Source: an uncultured Verrucomicrobiae bacterium
GTDB lineage: Bacteria; Verrucomicrobiota; Verrucomicrobiia; Chthoniobacterales; JAFAMB01
Reading direction: 5' to 3'
Assembly: GCA_963837955.1 (NCBI GenBank)
Contig: CAWIPH010000002.1
Location: 2,816,001 to 2,880,000, forward strand
DNA length: 64,000 nucleotides
Every line of letters starts with the position of its first letter. The stretch's first letter is position 1. The notes under the pieces were generated by a model. The model was not told the DNA's origin. It searched no databases and saw nothing but the letters and a program-made list of their open reading frames with translations. The translations under genes were made by a program, and so were the position numbers. This document shows positions 59,297 to 64,000 of the stretch, piece by piece.

Positions 59297-61420
59297 ATGC
59301 CCATCCTGCTTAACCGAATCCAACTGCTCGCCTTCATCCCTGTGTTCTGCGTTGCGTGGCTCAACGCCGCGGCCGGCAGGCCGATCGAAGCTCGCGCTAC
59401 CGAGAGCCAAATTCCCGGCGAAGCCGCGGCGCGATATCGGAACCGAACCCCGTGGGAACGGCACAGCGGCCTGATAGTCGCGACGGCTGCGGTCGTTGGC
59501 TTGCAGTCAGCGCTTATTTTGGGGCTGGTTGTTCAGAGGTCGAGAAGGAAGCGGGCGGAGCGATCGTTGCGCGACAGCGAGGAGCGCATGAGCCTCGCGG
59601 CGGAAGCCGCCAAACTAAGCATGTGGGTTTGGGATGTGGCGAAAGATGAGGTTTGGATGACGGACAAGGGACGCGCCCTGTTTGGCTTCGCACCAGACAC
59701 TCGCCTGGATCACGCGGCGCTGATTGCGCGGGTGCATCCCGAAGACCGTCCGGCTCGAAATTCGGCGATTAGGCGCGCGATCGAGGCCCAGGGTGAATAT
59801 GCCATGGAGTATCGCATACTGCTGCCAGATGGGACACTACGCTGGATCGGCGCGCGGGGCCACTGCATGAACATCGGAGAGGCCAAAGGCACCCGGCTCC
59901 TTGGCGTCTCGATGGATGTGACCGCACAAAAGCAAGCGCAAGACGCGCTGCGGGAAAGCGAGGCTCTTTTTCGCAGCTTGGCCGACGCAGCGCCTGTGAT
60001 GATCTGGATGGCGGGCACGGACAAGCTGTGCACGTTTTTCAACAAAGGTTGGCTCGACTTTACCGGCCGTCCGCTGGAGAAGGAGCTTGGCAATGGATGG
60101 GCAGAGAACGTTCACCGCGAAGACCTCGACCGCTGTTTTGAAGTCTATGTTAAGTCCTTTGACGCACGGCAACTGTTCACGATGGAATATCGCTTGCGGC
60201 GAAGCGACGGTGAATATCGTTGGGTTCTGGATAGCGGAACGCCGCGCTTTGCCACCGATGGCACGTTTCTCGGCTACATCGGTTCTTGCATTGACATCAC
60301 CGAGCGCAAGCAGGCGCAGGAACGGTTCCGGCTCGTCGTCGAAGCTTCGCCCAACGGCATCGTCCTGGTTAATGCGCAGGGTCACATAATGCTGGTGAAC
60401 GCGTGCGTCGAAAAACTGTTTGGTTATGGACCCGAGGAGCTCATCGGGCAAGACGTTGAACTCCTCGTGCCGGAGCGGTTCCGCGGCGCACACCCGGCTT
60501 ATCGGGCAGGTTTTCATGCCACGTTTGCGGCGCGGGCCATGGGTGTTGGCAGGGAGTTGTTCGCCCGACGAAAAGACGGGACCGAATTTCCCGTCGAGAT
60601 CGGGATCAGCCCGATTCAAAGCCTCGAAGGCACGCTGGTTTTGAGCGTCATCGTAGACATCTCCGCCCGCAAGCAAGCCGAAGCGGAAGCACTGCAGCAC
60701 CGCGCAGAACTCGCGCACCTCAGCCGCGTCACGATTATGGGAGAAATGGCCGGGTCGCTTGCGCACGAGTTGAATCAACCGCTCGGCGCAATTGTGACCA
60801 ACGCTGGCGCTGCCCTGCGTTTCCTGGAACGCGAACGCCTCAGTGACGAGAAATTGCGCGAACTTTTTCGGGATATCGCCGCGGATGGCAGGCGGGCCAG
60901 TGAGGTAATCCGCACTATTAAGGGGATGGTGCGCAAGCAAGAGGGTGTCCGGCAGCTCCTGCACCTTAACGACGTGATTGCTGAGGTGCTCAGACTGACG
61001 CGCTCCGACGCGCTCGCACACGATTGCTCAGTATTGACCGAGCTTTATCCGGCACTGCCAAAGGTCGAAGCTAATTTGGTGCAACTTCAGGAGGTGTTTC
61101 TCAACCTGATCCAGAACGCCTTTGAAGCCTCAAAAGAGGTGCCGAGAGTCCGACGCCGCGTCATCATCCGCACGGAGCCCGACGGCGACGGCGCGGTCCG
61201 AGCATGCGTGCGCGACTTTGGCACCGGGTTGCCGGTTGACGTACCGGAGCGGGTCTTCGACCGATCCTTTTCGACTAAGCGGGAGGGCATGGGTATCGGG
61301 TTGTTCATTGCGCGGTCAATCGTTGTCGCGCACAATGGCGCGCTCCGCGCGGAGAATGCGGAGGGCGGCGGCGCCCAGTTCTGGATGCGACTCCCGATTT
61401 CACAGGAGCTCGGCGTATGA
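59297..61420 (+). CDS. Triple-PAS sensor histidine kinase (FixL/NodV-like)
   Basis: Three PAS/PAC blocks, SLAHELNQPL H-box, NLIQNA, DFGTG, FSTKREGMGIGL. Start set to ATG 59297 after AAGGA. Confidence 0.93.
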   Translation: MPILLNRIQLLAFIPVFCVAWLNAAAGRPIEARATESQIPGEAAARYRNRTPWERHSGLIVATAAVVGLQSALILGLVVQRSRRKRAERSLRDSEERMSLAAEAAKLSMWVWDVAKDEVWMTDKGRALFGFAPDTRLDHAALIARVHPEDRPARNSAIRRAIEAQGEYAMEYRILLPDGTLRWIGARGHCMNIGEAKGTRLLGVSMDVTAQKQAQDALRESEALFRSLADAAPVMIWMAGTDKLCTFFNKGWLDFTGRPLEKELGNGWAENVHREDLDRCFEVYVKSFDARQLFTMEYRLRRSDGEYRWVLDSGTPRFATDGTFLGYIGSCIDITERKQAQERFRLVVEASPNGIVLVNAQGHIMLVNACVEKLFGYGPEELIGQDVELLVPERFRGAHPAYRAGFHATFAARAMGVGRELFARRKDGTEFPVEIGISPIQSLEGTLVLSVIVDISARKQAEAEALQHRAELAHLSRVTIMGEMAGSLAHELNQPLGAIVTNAGAALRFLERERLSDEKLRELFRDIAADGRRASEVIRTIKGMVRKQEGVRQLLHLNDVIAEVLRLTRSDALAHDCSVLTELYPALPKVEANLVQLQEVFLNLIQNAFEASKEVPRVRRRVIIRTEPDGDGAVRACVRDFGTGLPVDVPERVFDRSFSTKREGMGIGLFIARSIVVAHNGALRAENAEGGGAQFWMRLPISQELGV

Positions 61421-62058
61421 CGCATGCTGACACGCTTGTTTACGTCATTGACGACGACAGGTCGATGCTGAAGGCAGTCGGAAGACTCTTAGAATCGGAG
61501 GATTACTCGGTAGAGATGTTTACGGGGGCTCGAAAGTTTCTTGCTCGGGCTCCCCGTACCGGTCCCTCATGCGTCATTCTGGATTTAAACCTGCCCGTAG
61601 TAAATGGTCTCGAACTTCAGGACGCGCTGGCGGGAAGGGGGCGCGCGGAGCAGGTCATTTTCATTACGGGTGGTGCCAGCGTGCCGACTTGTGTGCAGGC
61701 GATGAAAGCCGGCGCAGTCGATTATCTGCCGAAACCCTTTCGAGACGAAGATCTCCTGTGCGCCGTCGAGCGGGCGCTCGAACGTTCGTCCGAGCAGTGG
61801 ATCCAGCGTTCGCAGCGCAAGGAAGTGCGTGATCGACTTGCGACGCTCACACCGCGCGAGTTTGACGTGCTCAAATGCGTAATTGCCGGCATGCTCAACA
61901 AACAAATAGCTTCGCAATTCGGCACAACCGAGGGGACGATCAAGGTCCATCGCGGGCGCGTTATGGAGAAGATGGGGGCGCCGTCCGTGGCGGGGCTCGT
62001 GATCCTCGCGCAAAGGGCAGGGATCGCACCGGCGTCGCCGGATGCTACTAAGGTCTAA
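61417..62058 (+). CDS. FixJ/NodW-type response regulator (REC + LuxR HTH)
   Basis: VYVIDDD, ILDLNLP, AMKAGAVDYLPKPF, LTPRE, NKQIA, TIKVHRGRVMEKM; ATGA overlap with the kinase. Confidence 0.95.
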   Translation: MTHADTLVYVIDDDRSMLKAVGRLLESEDYSVEMFTGARKFLARAPRTGPSCVILDLNLPVVNGLELQDALAGRGRAEQVIFITGGASVPTCVQAMKAGAVDYLPKPFRDEDLLCAVERALERSSEQWIQRSQRKEVRDRLATLTPREFDVLKCVIAGMLNKQIASQFGTTEGTIKVHRGRVMEKMGAPSVAGLVILAQRAGIAPASPDATKV

Positions 62059-62059
62059 T
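62042..62059. promoter_or_regulatory. 18-bp box overlapping the response regulator stop codon
   Basis: ATGCTACTAAGGTCTAAT, upstream of the small ORF and the single-domain receiver. Confidence 0.55.
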
Positions 62060-62096
62060 ATCCACGCGCGATCTGAGCGAGTAGCGTTATGACGCA

Positions 62097-62228
62097 ATGC
62101 GTGAACGCAGCAAGAAAAGTAACCCGATTGTACGCCTAATCGAAGCCATCCTCGATCTCGCGTTGATCACCGGCCTGCTGGCCGCGGTAAGGTTCCTCAT
62201 TTCAATCACCGCTCGCTTTGTCTTGTGA
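62097..62228 (+). CDS. Unannotated 43-aa predicted membrane peptide
   Basis: MRERSKKSNPIVRLIEAILDLALITGLLAAVRFLISITARFVL*: basic N-terminus and hydrophobic helix. Below the ORF-track length cut-off. Confidence 0.45.
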   Translation: MRERSKKSNPIVRLIEAILDLALITGLLAAVRFLISITARFVL

Positions 62229-62646
62229 CCCGGAGAAAACAAAATTGGACGTTAACTCATCTGCTGTCTTGCCTCCCGCCGCCGGGAGAATCTGCCTCGT
62301 CGACGACGACCTCTCGATGCTCAGAGCGCTCGATCGCTTGCTCTCGTCAGCTGGCTTGCAGGCACAGTTGTTTAGTGAGCCGCTCGCTTTTCTCTCGTAC
62401 GTTACGTGCAATTCTGTGGCTCTGGCGATCCTTGATATCTGGATGTCAGGTATGAGCGGCCTCCAGGTCCAGAAAGAGCTCCAAGCCGTTTGGCCCAAGG
62501 CGCGCGTCATTATAATTACGGCAACCGACGAGGACTCGGTCCGAAACACGGCAATAGAGGGCGGCGCTATCGCCTATTTCGTGAAACCTTTTGACGACGA
62601 CGCTTTTCTCGCCGCCGTCAATCAAGCCATGGCCTCGGAGAGCTGA
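62218..62646 (+). CDS. Single-domain response regulator receiver
   Basis: ICLVDDD, ILDIWMSGMSG, IIITA, YFVKPF. True start probably downstream of 62218. Confidence 0.9.
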   Translation: MSCDPEKTKLDVNSSAVLPPAAGRICLVDDDLSMLRALDRLLSSAGLQAQLFSEPLAFLSYVTCNSVALAILDIWMSGMSGLQVQKELQAVWPKARVIIITATDEDSVRNTAIEGGAIAYFVKPFDDDAFLAAVNQAMASES

Positions 62647-62848
62647 ACGCGCTGGAAGCGATCTTGGCGGGTTCGGGAATGAGATCTGACATCGCCGTGC
62701 AGGCATACATCGCGACACGCTGCCAAAATTACCGGCAACATCCATTCCGAGGTTGGTTACCGATTTTTTAATACTGCTACAGTTGAAAATGTTGTTTCTT
62801 GCGAGGATTCTCGTCCTCGTCGTCGAATGGCGATGACCGCCCATGCCT

Positions 62849-62897
62849 GGGGGCGCACGTCCGCGCGCCGCGGATCGCGAGGACGCGATCCCTCCCC
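62849..62897. repeat. REP family 1, empty and slightly degenerate copy
   Basis: GGGGGCGCACGTCCGCGCGCCGCGGATCGCGAGGACGCGATCCCTCCCC. Confidence 0.85.
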
Positions 62898-62962
62898 AAC
62901 CACCCGCACGAGCACGAGGACGATTTCGGCTTTGCTGTGTATTCACCGGACCGATTGGCGTC

Positions 62963-62987
62963 CGCTATTGCACCTTAGTCCAATAGC
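62963..62987. promoter_or_regulatory. 18-bp box within a 25-bp repeat upstream of the L,D-transpeptidase pseudogene
   Basis: CGCTATTGCACCTTAGTCCAATAGC. Confidence 0.6.
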
Positions 62988-63074
62988 AAACGTTAGTTTC
63001 TTCGATTAGTTAAGAAAAAGAACTGCGTTGGGGGCTCAGATCTCACAATTCAACGCGAACCATCCGGAGTCACA

Positions 63075-63484
63075 ATGAAAACATGTTTTAATTGCGTAAT
63101 CGCACTATTAGCGCTCCTGTTGGGGAACGCGGGGCTGGCTTCGGAGACCAGGGTGATCATCAATTTGTCTGATCAGAGAGCCTCTCTGGTAGAGCAAGGT
63201 AGGATTACACTGGTCTCTCCCATTGCTTCAAGGTAAACTTGGTTGGTCAACGCCGCGCCGAGGGGTAACTTCAGCATTTTCAACAAGGATATCGACCATC
63301 GGTCTCAGAGCTTCGGGTCGGTCGTCGATGCGTGCGGATGCCTCGAGATCTCGCTGTCCTGTTTTTCGAGCGGGTGCAAATTGGAACGCCAGTCACGGTC
63401 ATCGGCAGCACGCACAACCTGCTTCGCGTCCGAAAGGCCCTTCCGATATTGCCCATAGGTTCATATGAGTTGCACCAGCGTTGA
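63075..63484 (+). pseudogene. Degraded L,D-transpeptidase (two frameshifts plus internal deletion)
   Basis: Pieces VIINLSDQRASL..SPIAS / GKLGWSTP / GNFSIFNKDIDHRSQSFGSVVDA / CVRMPRDLAVLFFERVQIGTPVTVIG are collinear with the intact paralog at 31716. Confidence 0.85.
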
Positions 63485-63517
63485 TGGAAGTGGCGGACTA
63501 AGGAGGAGTGCACCGCC

Positions 63518-63542
63518 GCTATTAGACTAAGGTGCAATAGCG
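63518..63542. promoter_or_regulatory. 18-bp box within a 25-bp inverted copy of 62963-62987
   Basis: GCTATTAGACTAAGGTGCAATAGCG, 24/25 identical to the reverse complement of 62963-62987. Confidence 0.6.
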
Positions 63543-63892
63543 CTTTCGATTCAGGCGGATAGATTTTGTTTTGTAAGCAGCTAGTACGGCGCCCGCCTCA
63601 GTGACTGCGGGACCTGACAGCTGTCGGCTCTGTGCACCCGTTGTAAATCAGAAAGGGCCAAATTATGCTTTCAAGAACTCATGCCGCGCGCGGTAATGAA
63701 ACCTATCGCGTTTCGACCACCTACACATTAAGTGACTTTCCACTCCTGATCGGCGAGATCCTGCGTCGGAGTGAACGCCGCTCTGAGTTGCGAGCTAGGC
63801 GCAGATTGGTTTTTGAGAAGATCAAAGGGATTTTTGTAGTTCGCTGACATTTTCTAAATCGACAGTTTCTCGACCTCATTGGACTAGCTTGC

Positions 63893-64000
63893 TTACGAGG
63901 CTGCTTCCATGCTCTTATGCAGAATCCCCAGGAACAGTTGCGACGTCTGGACTTTCGGTGCGCCCTTGTCATCGAAGAAGTAGACGCTCTTCGCATTTCC
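63893..64000 (-). CDS. 3' end of an unidentified gene entering from the right edge
   Basis: Open frame GNAKSVYFFDDKGAPKVQTSQLFLGILHKSMEAAS* ending at TAA 63893. Confidence 0.45.
   Translation of the reverse strand, partial: GNAKSVYFFDDKGAPKVQTSQLFLGILHKSMEAAS

Noticed and set aside
59837..61021. 394-aa antisense ORF (likewise 46686-47510, 7383-8216, 367-912)
   Set aside because: Shadow ORFs opposite well-supported genes in GC-rich DNA, with no motifs.
1..64000. tRNA, rRNA, transposase, integrase, prophage or defence genes
   Set aside because: None recognised in the sequence or ORF track; any enzyme mobilising the repeats must be encoded elsewhere.

Overview
64 kb of bacterial chromosome, most likely a soil Verrucomicrobiota (Chthoniobacterales/Spartobacteria-like). 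This is inferred from the kdsA-lptCAB-hpf-hprK-ptsH-ptsI synteny with DUF1844 and Minf_1886-type neighbours. Left to right: (1) a divergent deoxyribose/pentose catabolic locus (SorC/DeoR regulator, deoC, ALDH16-type aldehyde dehydrogenase, ribose-type ABC system with a frameshifted binding protein; on the other strand a MalEFG-type transporter, RbsD/FucU and ribokinase); (2) EF-G paralog, sulfotransferase-like gene, GNAT, pcm, CBS protein; (3) core LPS/PTS housekeeping block and M16 peptidase; (4) L,D-transpeptidase, DUF296, ABM, and dhaK-dhaL-dhaM/HPr/EI fusion; (5) a furanoside-utilisation island (GH172, GH51, two ABC systems); (6) an RND pump plus PAS kinase/FixJ-type regulators, marked by a repeated 18-bp box, with decaying genes. 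No rRNA, tRNA, cas gene or transposase was recognised. The most unusual signal is non-coding. A ~60-bp cassette with conserved ends (TCCGAC[A/G][T/A]AG ... GCGA[C/A]GTCGGA) and a variable ~30-nt core is inserted at the loop of two different REP-type hairpin families. Empty, singly filled, doubly filled and tandem (mini-array) states are all visible in this window. Other notable signals: an insertion with an 8-bp target-site duplication that keeps deoC-ALDH translational coupling, and a self-contained two-component regulon with an unannotated 43-aa membrane peptide. All calls come from reading motifs by eye; no database searches were run.
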